A stretch of 63,765 bases of DNA, counting the filler, from Reclinomonas americana ATCC 50394 (lineage: Eukaryota): assembly GCA_048213135.1 (NCBI GenBank). It is 9 parts of 9 records of this genome, joined end to end, with 100 filler letters (N's around TTAATTAATTAA, not from the genome) between each part and the next. Parts side by side here need not be neighbours in the genome. Positions count along the whole stretch, not along the records: positions 7,766 to 25,377 come from AFZH01022801.1; positions 25,478 to 35,322 come from AFZH01022803.1; 7 more parts are not named here. The stretch is one strand, 5' to 3'. The translations under genes were made by a program, and so were the position numbers. The notes under the pieces were generated by a model. The model made no database searches. It was not told the DNA's origin and saw only the letters and a list, made by a program, of their open reading frames with translations. This document shows positions 16,870 to 29,104 of the stretch, one piece after another. Each line of letters begins with the position of its first letter. Position 1 is the first letter of the stretch.

Positions 16870-19072
16870 CTAGCTAAATCGCTGTCGCGCAGCTATCTCG
16901 CACGCGTCCGAGTAACGACCACAACTGTGCACATAAGCAATTCTCTGTTGGTGACATGCGCACAAGATCGAAGAACCACGGTGCTCTGCACGCAACGGCC
17001 AAGATTTGTTGTCCGCCTGCAGTTGCAGACAACGGAAACAGAACTCTCGGCGACACTGCGCGTACATGGAAGCACGTCGCTGAATGAGAGATCAACTAAA
17101 ACAGCTGCCGCAGCGTACACACGTACCTGTGAGCAGGCAACGTGCTTGCAATGCGACGTGTGCTCTGAGCAGATTCGACAGTGAACGATCAGAGTCAACA
17201 CTCAAACAACCTCGCCCTGAAACGACTGTGCTCCGCTCACCGACAAGACATCGGCAGCGCGGGCAGGCGCGGATCAAGGGAACTTGCCCAGGCAGATTCT
17301 CAATCTGCTTCGTCCCGCACCCTTGCAGGGCCTGATTGAGCTCGTCTGCTACATCGAAACACTTGCCGCATTTGAGTGTACCGGCCGGGCATTGACGACC
17401 GCACCGAGTACACAGCCTGCATATCACGATGACGACAAGACAGTGATTGGAATGCAAAAAACCGCGTGTGACAAGCTCACAGACGTACCGCGCTCTGCAC
17501 ACCGCGCAATCGATACAAACTCCGTCACGTTCGGCAACCTCCAGTTGAGTTCGACACTGCGACCATGATGAGTAAGACTCAATCGACTTGCAGCATCGGC
17601 CTCGAGAGTACACGAGGCACACACCTGGGGACATTCGACGCTGCTCTGCGACACAAACTGCCTGTTCAAGAAGTCTTGGTATTGATCTGCCAGCGGCGCC
17701 AAGTCACGTTCAGCCGCAGCCGCTGCGACAATCTCGACAGCAATTTCTGAGGGCCTCGCAGCGGGTCAGCGACCAGAGGATAAATAGAGGTGTAATCACA
17801 ACGTGTGCGTTACACACTCACACTCACACTCACATACACACACTCTCTCTCTCACACACACACCTTGACGACAGTGACAGAGCACTCTGCGGCCTGCTGC
17901 GACGGCCGACCGCAGATCATCCATCAAGCACTCGGCATGGATTCCGTGGCCACAAGAAAAGGCATACACAGGAGCGGTCTCCTCGGTGCTCATGCACAAC
18001 TGGCAGAGCACCGACGAGTCGCGCACTCGCCGAACAAAAACAAGAGTTGCGGCAGGTACCGGCTGAGGAGCAGCATTTGGCTGTGCAGCACGTAGGCTTC
18101 ATGATCATGATCAGAGTTCGAAAGCGATCAATCCGAGCATCACTGCCGACACGCAACTCGCCCTGAGGCAACTGCTGCTGCTGCTGGCGCTGGTACTGCA
18201 GTCGCTGCCACATTATTGTCCACCGGCCGCGGTGTCACAGCGCGCCCCTCGTTCGCCAACAAGTCCAAACATCGCTGCTCCCATTCTGCAAAACTTGAGC
18301 TTCGCTGTAACCCGTACGGGGCCTGCGGAGCTGCAGGTCGCGGAACAAACACACCCACATTCACGCCACCGTCGCCATTCTGATCGTCTGCTGGTGCGGG
18401 AGCTACGCGGACACGCGAAGGAGGAGGCCTCGAATCCTGTACAGGCGTGAGTGAGGAACGTAGGAGCATTTTGTGTCACGCACGCACCCCTGCTCCGGAT
18501 CCGCGGCCAGCTGCGACAGAAAAATATTGTCGCTGCGGAGGTTGCTCAACGCGCTTGCGATTCGCTGCTTCATCTCGTCGTTGCTGTTCTACCGCAGCTT
18601 TTTCTCGTCGCACCTGTAGCGAAACAGCTGGTTCGGCTCTTGCTTGCCGTTGCTGCACTTCCCATGGTCTCTCAGCTTGTCGCCTTGCTCTTTCAGACTC
18701 CTCGCGATAGTCAATCCATCGCCTGCGCTTCTTGACACCAGTGTAGAAAACAACGCAGGGCAGACAGCCAATGGCTGCGCGCGCGATCCGTCACGTGAGA
18801 AGAAGCGCCAAGTGAGAAGCGGTGGATGGGCGACGCACAGAGAAGACAAGCTCCCATGTACAGCATACACGACGGTTCGCGATTCTCCGCTTGGACACCT
18901 GCCAAATCACAACAAGCATAGCATACAGCTGACAGCGGCTGCAGAAGGACACCGTTGGTGAGATCTCAACTCAAGAACAGGAAACACTTCAACGAAGCAA
19001 CGCAACCAAGCTCGTCACCACCACGCAAGTCTCGCAGCATCTCCCACAGTTTCCAGGGCGATCAAATGGCAT
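16870..19072 (-). CDS. RBR (RING-IBR-RING) E3 ubiquitin ligase-like protein; 5' end uncertain
   Basis: RING1 CQLCMS..FSCGHGIHAECL..CHC; IBR-like ECPQCRT..CIDCAVC..CTRC; RING2 IRACPRCRCLV..HCKHVACSQCRREFCFRCL; stop at 16870. Confidence 0.75.
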
Positions 19073-20179
19073 CGGCCCATACGGCCAATCTGATCATGAC
19101 AAAACGCTTTTAAACAGAGGCAATCTGCGTGAAAGGAAGCAACAAAGACACGAACTTGCAACGTTCATCCCGAGTTGACACGGTATGCTGTGAGAGCGGA
19201 TGAGTGATCGGAAAAATCGTACACACATTTTAAACAGCGGACACAGATGCACCATGCAAACGAGCAGACACACATGGCTGTGGGGATGGTAATCAGTGAA
19301 TGCGAGGGTGCACGAAGAGTGGACAGATCGCGTGACACGCACTGCACGTCTGGAAGGCATCAGTCAGATTGCATCTCATTGCTAGATTCACGCGCGCGGC
19401 GTGTATGCTTGTGTGAAAGTTTGTGTGTGTGTGTGTGTGTGTGCGTGTGTGTGTGTGTGTGTGCGTCTGTTGTCGGGCGGACAGCACGTGACGGACAAAC
19501 GACCTCCTTCGCCTTACGCGCGCTGTGTGTGTGTGCGTGTGTGTGTGCGTTTTGCGCAAGAGAGGGGGGAGTGCTACGCAAGGCTATCCACTCGGATGAG
19601 TCACTGCAGGGAGGAAAGAGAGAGAGAGAGAGAGCAATCGTTGAGGGAGCAGCGCGTGGGGAAGGGACTGCCCGTGTACTACACATCTACTCACTCACTG
19701 GCCTCCGCGAAACACACTGAGAGTACGACGTTCACAGTTGATGCAACACACGAACAAAAACACACCAGAAGCGTGCACAACAAACGCACAGATACATGCA
19801 TGCATACCACACGCGCGCGCACTCTCGCACACACTGACACACAGAAAAGCATGCACAAAGCAGACACGCAGCGAGTCACACAAGTCACGCACTCATAGCA
19901 AACTCACTCACTCCTCTCTCTCCACTCACTCTCTCCTCCCTCTCTACTCACTCATGCACTCTCTCCCTCACTCACTAACCAGCAGCACTTGGTATTCCAC
20001 AAGTCAGGTTGGTGTTGCATTGAGACCCAGATATCGACGCGCTTATTGACACTCTCTCAGTGTGTGCGTGTGTGTATGTCTCTGTAGCATGAAGAACCTT
20101 GCCCACGAGCTTGATCTTTCGATAGCGCTCCATGATCTACAGCGGTTGTGCACACTGCTTCTCCTTCTCTGTGATCATG

Positions 20180-21260
20180 AGTGACAGTGTGTGCCTGTGT
20201 ACGCGACGAACTCTGCGCTTCCTTGCATGCATGTGACGTCGTCGACTCGGAATGGCCTCACCCACTGCGTCAGCCGTTCAGTGTTCCGAGTGTCGTTGAG
20301 AAGCAAGGCGAAGCAGGGCGCGCGTCGATATCTGCAGCTGGGCGACGAAAATGGATAACATTTTGTGCGAGTCGTTCGCCTCACTCGCGCGTCGTGATGT
20401 GCCTGACAAGGATGCGACTGGATTCAATGGTAGCTGCGAGAGTCGTCATGCGATGAGAGTCAAGGCGACGCGTGGCCTTGCGTTCGAATTCCGACGAAAA
20501 TGGACACTTGCTGACGTCGTCAACCCGGAACGGCCTCACACACAGCATCAGCACCTCGTTGTAGCAAGAGGCAATGCCGGCCACGAGTGCCGTCACATGC
20601 ATGCAGAGAGGCAAGGCCATTAATGGGTTCGATATCTCATCTCGGCGACGAAAATGGGTAACATTTGCGAGTCGTTCGCCTCACTCGTCAGTGCGGCACG
20701 CTCGGCGAGGGCGTGTGAGGGAATCAGAGCTGGCCACAATGCAGTGGCAAGGCGGTGCATGGTCATGGGTTCGAAATCCGACGAAAATGGACATCGCGTT
20801 GCTGGCGTCGTCGACCTGGCACGGCCTCACACACAGCGTCAGCACCTCGGTGTAGAGAGAGTCAATGCCGGCCACAAGAGCCATCGTTTGTGTGTAGAGA
20901 GGCAAGGCGATGCAGAGCTTCGATATACATCTTGCCCGACGAAAATGGATTACATGGCCGAATGTGGAGAGGCGAGCCGCCCGCCTCAGTTGACACTCAC
21001 GGTGTGCCTTGTGACGGGATGGGAGAGACGCAGTGTGGGTCACGAGAGTCGTCACGTGAGCGCTGCGCAGACTGTTCGATATCTCCGTGGCTGCGTGTGG
21101 AGCGGCGAGTCGTCCGACTCTATCGTCAGTCGCGGTCTGCGTGGCGAGGTGATGCGATTGAGGCAAAGCTGGTCACGAGAGCCGTCATCAGAGGCTGCGA
21201 TGAGCGGCTGCACAGGGCTTAGATATCCCACACGCCGAAAATGGATAGCGACGCCCGATT
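20180..21260. repeat. Complex tandem array, ~135-160 bp units alternating A/B, core CGACGAAAATGG
   Basis: Core at ~20343, 20492, 20646, 20779, 20937 and a variant at ~21233. Shared flanks GCGAGTCGTTCGCCTCACTCG, CGGCCTCACACACAGC-TCAGCACCTCG, GGCAAGGC. Confidence 0.85.
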
Positions 21261-21920
21261 TGGTTGCGACTCGTCTCTCGCTTTGACGAGGATGCAAGCG
21301 ACTCAATCGTTGCAGATCGTCGATGCCACTGAGATCACCCTCCGTGCGTGCAGTGCATGTCCGTGTGTGCATAGAGGGAGTGAGTATGTGTGAGGAAGAA
21401 GAGAGACATGCAGGGACATGTTCGCACACACACGCACACACACACACACACACTCGCTCACTCACAATGCGTGTGTGAGCATCATGCATGCTTGCAGTCT
21501 ATGTGAAACGAGTGCACTCACTGCCGCGGCATCGTTCATGGCGCATGCATACGCAAGTGGCGCCGGCGTGCATTGTAGGTCCCCCCGTTTCGATATTCTC
21601 CGGCATCGGTACCAGCTTCGTGTATCATAGCAATGCGTGCTCAACGAATCACTGGTCGCCAGGGTGGTGTGGCTGCCTATCACAAAGTGTGACGCGCCGT
21701 GGGCACAGCCACGTGCAGGAAACGAATCTTGCATTCATTCGTGGCCACGCGAGATCTGGACACACATACCAAATTCGTGCTGTTCTGCAAAACAATTGCG
21801 TCTGCTAGAAGGCCCAAAATGGTATGGCGAGTTTTTCCGATGGACAATAAAAAAAGAGGACAAAAATTCCGCGCCTTGTCTCTGCATTTTTTCTTTCTCT
21901 GTGAGCCAAGACAACTTTCC

Positions 21921-23580
21921 ATGTCGTTCACCAAGTCTATCGTGCTGTGCGCACTGGTGGCCATTGTCTGCCTGGCCTCTGTGGCCCAGGCCGGAGGTAT
22001 GTACTAACACCACCACGCAACGCTGCATTTCGTGCTGTCCGCCTCATGTTCCTCTTCTCTTGCAGGTGGCAGCTGCGCCGCCAACGTGGGTGCTTGCAAC
22101 CCCAACGGAACCTGCAGCAGCGGAACCTGCTCGTGCTACAACAACTGCTACACCGCCTCCAACGGCGTCAATGTGTGCGCCGTCTGGGCCGGTCCTTTCT
22201 GCACCTGGTAAGTCTCGTCAAAATACGGGCTTTCGCTTCGTTCGCTCTACTCTAAATCTTCTCTATCGCTGCCTCAGCCACCCCTACAAGACCTGCTCCA
22301 ACCACGGCTCGTGCAACGCCGCTGGCGCGTGCGTGTGCGACGCTGGCTACACGGGCTCCGACTGCAGCCAGACGGCGCCGCCGCCGCCACCGGCCTGCTC
22401 CGACGAGACCACCTGCAAGGGCCGCGGTCGCTGCAACGCCGCCGGCACGTGCGTGTGCGCCAAGGGCTGGACCGGTGCCGACTGCAGCACCGTCTTCGAC
22501 CCGTCGCCAGTGGCCTGCGTGGCCGACAACAACGGCAACGATACGCGCTGCGGTGCGCATGGCAACTGCCAGAACGGCGCGTGCGTGTGCCACTTCAACT
22601 GCAACGTGCTCAGCAACAACCTGTGCGGCACGTGGAAGAACCGCTTTGGTGACGCCTGCAGCGTGTCGCCGTACCCGCTCGCCACCAAGTTCGCGCTGAG
22701 CAAGGACACGTACGACGCGTACCAGGGCCTGGTCGCCAGCGACGACTTCTCCATTCTGTACACCGCCACCAGCACCTACGTCGACGCCGCCGCCACCAAC
22801 TTGCTGCTCAAGTCGACCAACTACGGTGTGTCGTGGACGGCTCTGACCGCTGCCGGCACTCACGCGTGGGAGTGGCTGGCGACCTCGGCCGACGGCAAGG
22901 TGCTGGTCGCCGCCGACGACCAGTACATCTACGTGTCGAAGGACGCAGGAGCCACCTTCAGCGCCAAGGCCACCGATGCTGTGCGCGTGTACTCGGCTAT
23001 CGCGGTCGACGCCAAGGGCAACACTATCATGGCCACCATTGCCAGCACGCCGGCGCCGGCCCTGCTGGTCTCGTACAACGGCGGCGACACTTTTGTGGAG
23101 CGCGGTGCCGGAGTTTTCTCGTCGCCGTACGCTCCCGCCATCTCGGCCGACGGCACCAAGATGGTGGTGGCCGACAAGGACGGCTACGTGTACACCTCGT
23201 TCGACGCGGGCGCCACCTGGACGAAGCGCACCACCACTGGTGTCTCCACCAAGTACTACGACGCGGCCACCAGCGACGATGGCACGCGCGTGCTGGTGTC
23301 GTCGCTCACCGGCAAGCTGTTCACCTCGGACGACTCGGGCATCACCTTCACCGCCCGCGAGACTGTGCGCAACTGGCGCACCGTGGCCGTCAGCGCCAGC
23401 GGCCTCGAGATGTACGCCTCCACCAACGAGGGCCTCGTGTTTGTGTCGCAGGATGGCGGCGTCTCATGGCAGCAGCGCCTCGACGCCCAGCAGTCGATCA
23501 ACGGTACTGCCACCAGCGCCGATGGTATCCGCGTGGCGATTGCCGGTGGTCCGGGGTCGATCTTCACGGCGTCCTTCTGA
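21921..23580 (+). CDS. Secreted protein: signal peptide, about four EGF-like repeats, C-terminal BNR/Asp-box beta-propeller
   Basis: Signal MSFTKSIVLCALVAIVCLASVAQA; two short GT-AG introns; EGF CSNHGSCNAAGACVCDAGYTGSDC; Asp-box repeats STNYGVSW, SKDAGATF, SYNGGDTF, SFDAGATW, SDDSGITF, SQDGGVSW. Confidence 0.88.
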
Positions 23581-25477
23581 ATGGTAGAAGGAGGAGGAGG
23601 TGGAGGAGGTTAAGAATGAATACATCTGCAATGCGGAAAGGAGGGGAAGGGGGACGGGAAGGGGAGGGCAAAGGCAAAGGGGGAGGGGAGGGAGAAGGAG
23701 AAGGAGAAAGCAGGGAGAGGGAGCAGCTGAAGGAGAAGGAGGAGTAAGTGAAAGAGGCGAAGAAGGCGACGAGGAAGGGAAAGGAGGAGGAGAAGAAGAA
23801 GAGGACGGGAAAGGAGGAGGAGAAGAAGAAGAGGACGGAGAAGGAGAACGAGGAGGAAGAAGAGGAGGAGGAGAAGAAGAACGAGGAGGAAGAAGAAAGA
23901 GAAAGACAAGAACAGATGAAGGATCCGGAACAGAAGGAACAAGAACAACAACAACAAGAAGAGGACACAGAGAAGAAGAATAAGAACGAGGAAGCAAAGG
24001 AGAAGGAGGAGGGCAGCTGACTTGTCTTCAGCGGACAGACGCGACACGGACAGTGGCTCGCTGCTCATTTGTCACCGTTTCACACTCAATCACTCACTCA
24101 CTCACGCGCGCGCGTTTGTGTGTGCGTGTTTTGCGCATCAGAGAGTGAGAGAGGGGGGTTTGGGAGGTGCTGGCGTATGAGAAGCGAGTGTTGAGTGAGA
24201 GACTGAGAGAAAACAAAAAAGAAGACAGATATGATTGTTGCGCGAGGAGCGACTGTGGCTGCGTGTGTGCCCATGGGCGCGCCTGGAGCGTTGCGTACTC
24301 TACTTATATATTGAGTGTGTGTCCACGCGTCTTTTGTGTGACACATACCCCCCCGCCAATTATTCTCGCTGTGTCAGTTGCACCTTGACGCAAAACGCAC
24401 GAACAATGACACACGCGCACACGCACGCTCTCTCTCGCACTCTCTCACACACTGACACACAGTTACACGCGCAGAAGCGAATCACACAAGCTCACACACT
24501 CATTGCGCACTCTCTTCTCCACTCACTCGCACACTCTCTCCCCCACTCTCTCTCACTCACACACACATTCTCTTTCTCTGTCACTCTTGTTGTGTGACAG
24601 TGTGTCACTCATTCAGTCTGTCTCTCAGGCAGTTTCTCTCTCTCTCTCAAACGCACGCGCGCGCACTCTCACTCTCTCGCTCTCTATGTGCTTGAGAGGG
24701 AGACAGTGTGCGTGTGTGTATGTGTGTGTGGGAGAGTGCACGAAAGAGTGATAAACAGCCACACACACATTCTCACACACGCTCAAGCACACACACACAC
24801 ACACACACACACGCACGCACTCTCATTCTTTCACTCTCTGTGTGCTTGAAAGGGAGACAGTGTGTATACGTGTCGTGTGTGCGAGAGTGTGTGTATAAAC
24901 AGACGTGCACTCACACAGTACACACACTTTCTCACTCTCTCTCACTCTGTCTCACTCACACACTGTCTCTCACACACTCTCTCGTATTGTGTCAGTGTCA
25001 CTCATTCACTCTGTCACACACAGACAGTTTCTCTCTCACACACGCACTCTTTCTCTCTCTCTATCACACACTCTCTCTGTGCTTGAGAGCGAGAGACAGT
25101 GTGCGTGTGTGTGTGCGAGAGTGTGTGAAAGTGAGAAACATGTGAGAGGAGCGACAGCAACAGCACACGTTCACTCACGCACTCACTCGCCCACACACTC
25201 TCACTCACACTCTCATTCTCTCTCTTTCGCACACACTCGCTCTCTCTTTCTCTCTCTCTCTCTCTCTCAGACACACGCTCTCTCTCTCTCTCACAGACGC
25301 ACACACACGCACCTCGTCTCATTCTCTCTCTCTTAAGCGCACTCTCGCACTCTCTCATTCTCTTGCTCACACGCACANNNNNNNNNNNNNNNNNNNNNNN
25401 NNNNNNNNNNNNNNNNNNNNNTTAATTAATTAANNNNNNNNNNNNNNNNNNNNNNNNNNNNNNNNNNNNNNNNNNNN

Positions 25478-27445
25478 GTGGACGCGGCGCCACCACCACC
25501 ACCACCATTATCGTCGGTGGTGGAGCCCATGGACGACGACAAGGACCAGGTGCAGGAGAGATTGGCGCGGAAGCGGCCGTGTGAGGAGATTGCCACGCAG
25601 ACCACGGCGCCGTCGTGCACCGACTCGGCGACCGATGCGCCACCCGACTGGACCTACGAGCCGCTCTCATTACATGCGCCGACGGCGGCGACCACCGCAG
25701 CAGCAGCCGCCGCAGCCCCACGACCACCTCCACTAAAACGCGCACGACATGGAGGCGTGCACGCCGACGCCCCACCTGCCGAGCAATGCGAGCGCATGCA
25801 AGGCGTCCTCGGCAAGAAGCTCAAGCGGTTGTTGACATTGCGCAAATCGTCGACCGCCAGGTGACCTTGCGCCCTCGGGTAGAGGGGAAAGAGAGTTTTA
25901 AAGTTATATAGTTGTTTGGTGAGGAAAAAGGGGGTGCTGGCGTGAGTGAATCGAAGAAATGGGAAGGGAGGGGGAAGAAAAGGGGAAGGGAGGGGAAGGG
26001 AAAGGGGAAGGGAAAGGGAGAGGGAAGATCAAGAGAAGGAAGGGACGTGAGAGAAGAAAGTAGGGAAGCGACGATGACGAGGAGGAATTTGTACGAAGAC
26101 AAGAAAAGAAGGGAGTGAGGAGGCAAGGGGGGCAGTGCAAGGCGGAATAAGAAGTGGTGCACAGAAAAGGTGTTGACAGGCGCTGGATAGGAAGAGGAAT
26201 TGCTGGCGAATAAGGAGGGCTGGATGAGAAAGAGGGAAGTGGTGCAGGTTAGGAGAAACCAGAGAGCAGGAATTCGAACTGCAAATACGTGTTGTCGGGA
26301 CTGCAGCTGCCATCAACCACATGCCATGGCCAGTGTGGTTCAAACTGCGCGTGCGCTCGCGATCGCCGAGCTCGAGAAGACTTCGAAGCATTGCTGCGAC
26401 GATCATCCACCGCAAAAGATCACCGTCTTGGTGTCGGTGAAAGTGAAGGCGGAGCTTCCTGTTGCCCATCATGTCGGAACTGCAGCTGCAAGGTGCCATC
26501 ATCCGCGTGCAAAAAGGGGCTCGCCGGCGCCGAGAATTCGAAGACTTCGAAGCATTGCTGCGACGATCATCCACCGCAAGGGATCACCGTACGCGTCTTG
26601 GCGCCTGTGAAAGTGAAGTCGGAGCTAGCGCTTCCTGTTGCCCACCATGTCGGGACTGCACCTGCAAGGTGCAAGCGAATTCATGATCAAGTTGCGCTCG
26701 AGCTCGTTCGTAAAGGCTTTCTGCGACGATCTTTCAACGCAAGAGATCACCGTCGTGATGCCAGGGAAAGTAAAGGCGGCGCTTCCTGTTGCCCACCACG
26801 CTGGACGATGGGAGGAAAGTAAAAAAAAAGCGCAAAGTTTACACAAGAGACAAAGTTTGCGCGCGAAAAACACGTCACACACACTTCCTCCTGCTTGCTT
26901 GTGTGCGTGAGACGAGACAACAACATGGCTGGCCGTCGCAAGATTGTTGACATGTTGCGTGAGTGAGTGAGCGCGCATGCGTGCGAGTGAGTGTGTGCTC
27001 ACTTGTCTTGCACACGCACAGGATCATTCAGAACTATGAGTCCAAGAAGGTCTCTCGTGCCATGCTGGACCGGATGGTGCGTGATGTGTTTGACTCGGTG
27101 GGCACGTTGGTGAGCAAGGCTGCCACGGAGGAGGAATGTTGCGTGCAAGTGGGAGGGAGGGAGGGAGGGAGGGAGAGAGAGAGAAGGGGGAGTGTGTGTG
27201 TGTGTGAGAGAGAGAGAGAGGAGGAAGAGAGAGAGAGAGAGAGGAGGAGAGAGGAGGAGAGAGAGAGAGAGAGAGCGAGTGAGTGCAGTGCGAGAGGGAG
27301 AGAGAAGGGAGAAGCGAGGGAGAGACAGAGAGATTGAGTGAGTGTGTGAGAGAGAGGGAGTGTGTGTGTGTGTGTGTGTGAGTGAGTGAGTGAGTGAGTG
27401 TGTGTGAGTGAGACAGAGAGAGATTGAGTGAGTGTGTGAGAGAGG

Positions 27446-27488
<43 letters not shown>

Positions 27489-28990
27489 GTTGTTTGAGTG
27501 AGATTGGCATTTTTTGACTGTGTTTGTGACTCTCTTGTGCAGCTCGTCTGTTGGTGCCGGGCTTTGGTACGTTCCAGAAGACGTGGGTGCAGGCGCGTAA
27601 GATTCGCACGATCAAGACCAAGGAGATCAAGGATGTGCGTGCAAGGGAAAAGAGGGAAGGGGAGGTTGGGAGGGAAGGGAGAGGGAGAAGAGAAAGAGAG
27701 AGGGAGAGAGAGAGAGGGAGAGGGAGAGAGAGAGAGAGAGAGAGAGGAGGGAGGAGGAGAGAGAGAGAGGAGAGGAGGAGACGAAGAAGAGCAAGAGAAG
27801 GGGAAGGGAGGGGGAGAGAGAGATCGCTGAGCAAGAGGGAGGGGAGGAGAGCGCACGAGAGAGTGGGGACCAAGCACGTGTGCGAGACAGCCGCTCACTC
27901 GGGGATAGAGTGCGGATGCGAGGCAGTGAAGAGAGGGGAGAGAGAGCGATTGACGGAGAGGTAGAAGACGACACAGCGCGAGGATGTGGGAGAGAGTGCA
28001 AGGGAAAAGAGAAGGGAGAGAGAGAATAGAGGCGGGAGACAACCGAAGAAAAGAGAACTGAGGAGGGAGAGCGCGCGTTAAGTAAATTTAGTGGGAGGAG
28101 GGCGAAGTTGGAGGGAGAGAGAGTGAGGGGAAGAGGGTAGAGAGAAGCGTAGTCGTGGATTCTTGCATCCGTGTTGTCTCTGAAATGCTGATTTTCGCAC
28201 CTTTTGTGCTCCTCTGTCTCTTTGCTGCCTTGTGGATCGAAGAGAGTGGCGAGGTATAGTTCAAGCAAGATAGTCAGGACGAAGGGCAGCTTTAGGCAGG
28301 TTTGAGAGGCTGTGTGTCGGCTTAGTGCAGGCGAAGAGTGACTCTTTCTGTTGTGTTGTCGTCATCCACTTGCAAGCTGGAGTACTTGACTGCATCCATT
28401 CCTTGTGATTTCTTGTCTCCCGAAACACGGACGCTTTCTTTGTTTTCGCTTTCTCTTGTTCTTGTCGCCATTCACTTGTGAACTGAGTGCATCTGTGGCG
28501 TATTTCCTGAGCTTCTTGTTGCCCTTCTCATTAAGCACGGAGTCTTTCTTGTTTGAGCTTGGCATCGCACCCTCTTGTTCTTTCCTTAGTCCACCATGAA
28601 CTGAATCTGCATGGTTGTTTCTATCCCTTGTCACAGTGAGTGCCTCACTTTTGGATCCTTATCTTGAATCGTCTTGTTGTCGTCTCTCGTCGTCCTAGTC
28701 TTCAGTTGCGTGTGAGCTGAGAGCGTCGTGTTGCATCCCCGCTCGCGACTCTGGCTGCGCTGCTCGACCCTTTGCATTCTTGTTTTTTGGCATCCATTCC
28801 CTGTTGCACAAACCAGTCATTGCTTCCCTGCAATCGCCTTCTCCCCTCACCCTCCCTTCTCCTGCATCCACAGATCCCCGCCCACACCAAGATGAGCTTC
28901 CGCGCCGCCCGCGAGCTCAAGAGCACCGTCTCCGAGAGCTCCACTGCGCCAAAGGGCAGCGGCAGTGGTTCCAGCGGATCCAGCGCGTAA
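25478..28990 (+). CDS. HU/IHF-like (bacterial histone-like DNA-binding) domain protein with low-complexity N-terminal extension; 5' end lost in gap
   Basis: Exons 25478-25860, 27022-27137, 27543-27634 and 28874-28990 join in frame to ...RKSSTARIIQNYESKKVSRAMLDRMVRDVFDSVGTLVSKAATEEESRLLVPGFGTFQKTWVQARKIRTIKTKEIKDIPAHTKMSFRAARELKSTV..., matching the HU signature GFGTF...ARxGRNPxTGExIxIPAxxxxxFKAGKxLKxxV. Confidence 0.85.
26280..26810. repeat. Three ~165-175 bp degenerate tandem units in the first visible intron of the HU-like gene
   Basis: GAAGACTTCGAAGCATTGCTGCGACGATCATCCACCGCAA at ~26376 and ~26540, variant ~26715; GCTTCCTGTTGCCCA at ~26454, 26630 and 26781. Confidence 0.85.
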
Positions 28991-29104
28991 CTGAACAGCG
29001 CAGACAACAGCGACGACGAAAGAGACAAAGAGTGCCCTGAATGAACGTCGTCACTGGTCCCATGGGACGCTTCTCATTCACTCACACCCGTGGTTGCGCC
29101 AACG

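Noticed and set aside
20766..20782. GGTTCGAAATCC as a tRNA T-loop or Pol III B-box
   Set aside because: One base too long versus GTTCRANNC in every unit; no cloverleaf or A-box found
22252..23747. Long overlapping alternative-frame and antisense ORFs over the EGF/propeller gene
   Set aside because: Shadow ORFs caused by extreme GC3 bias
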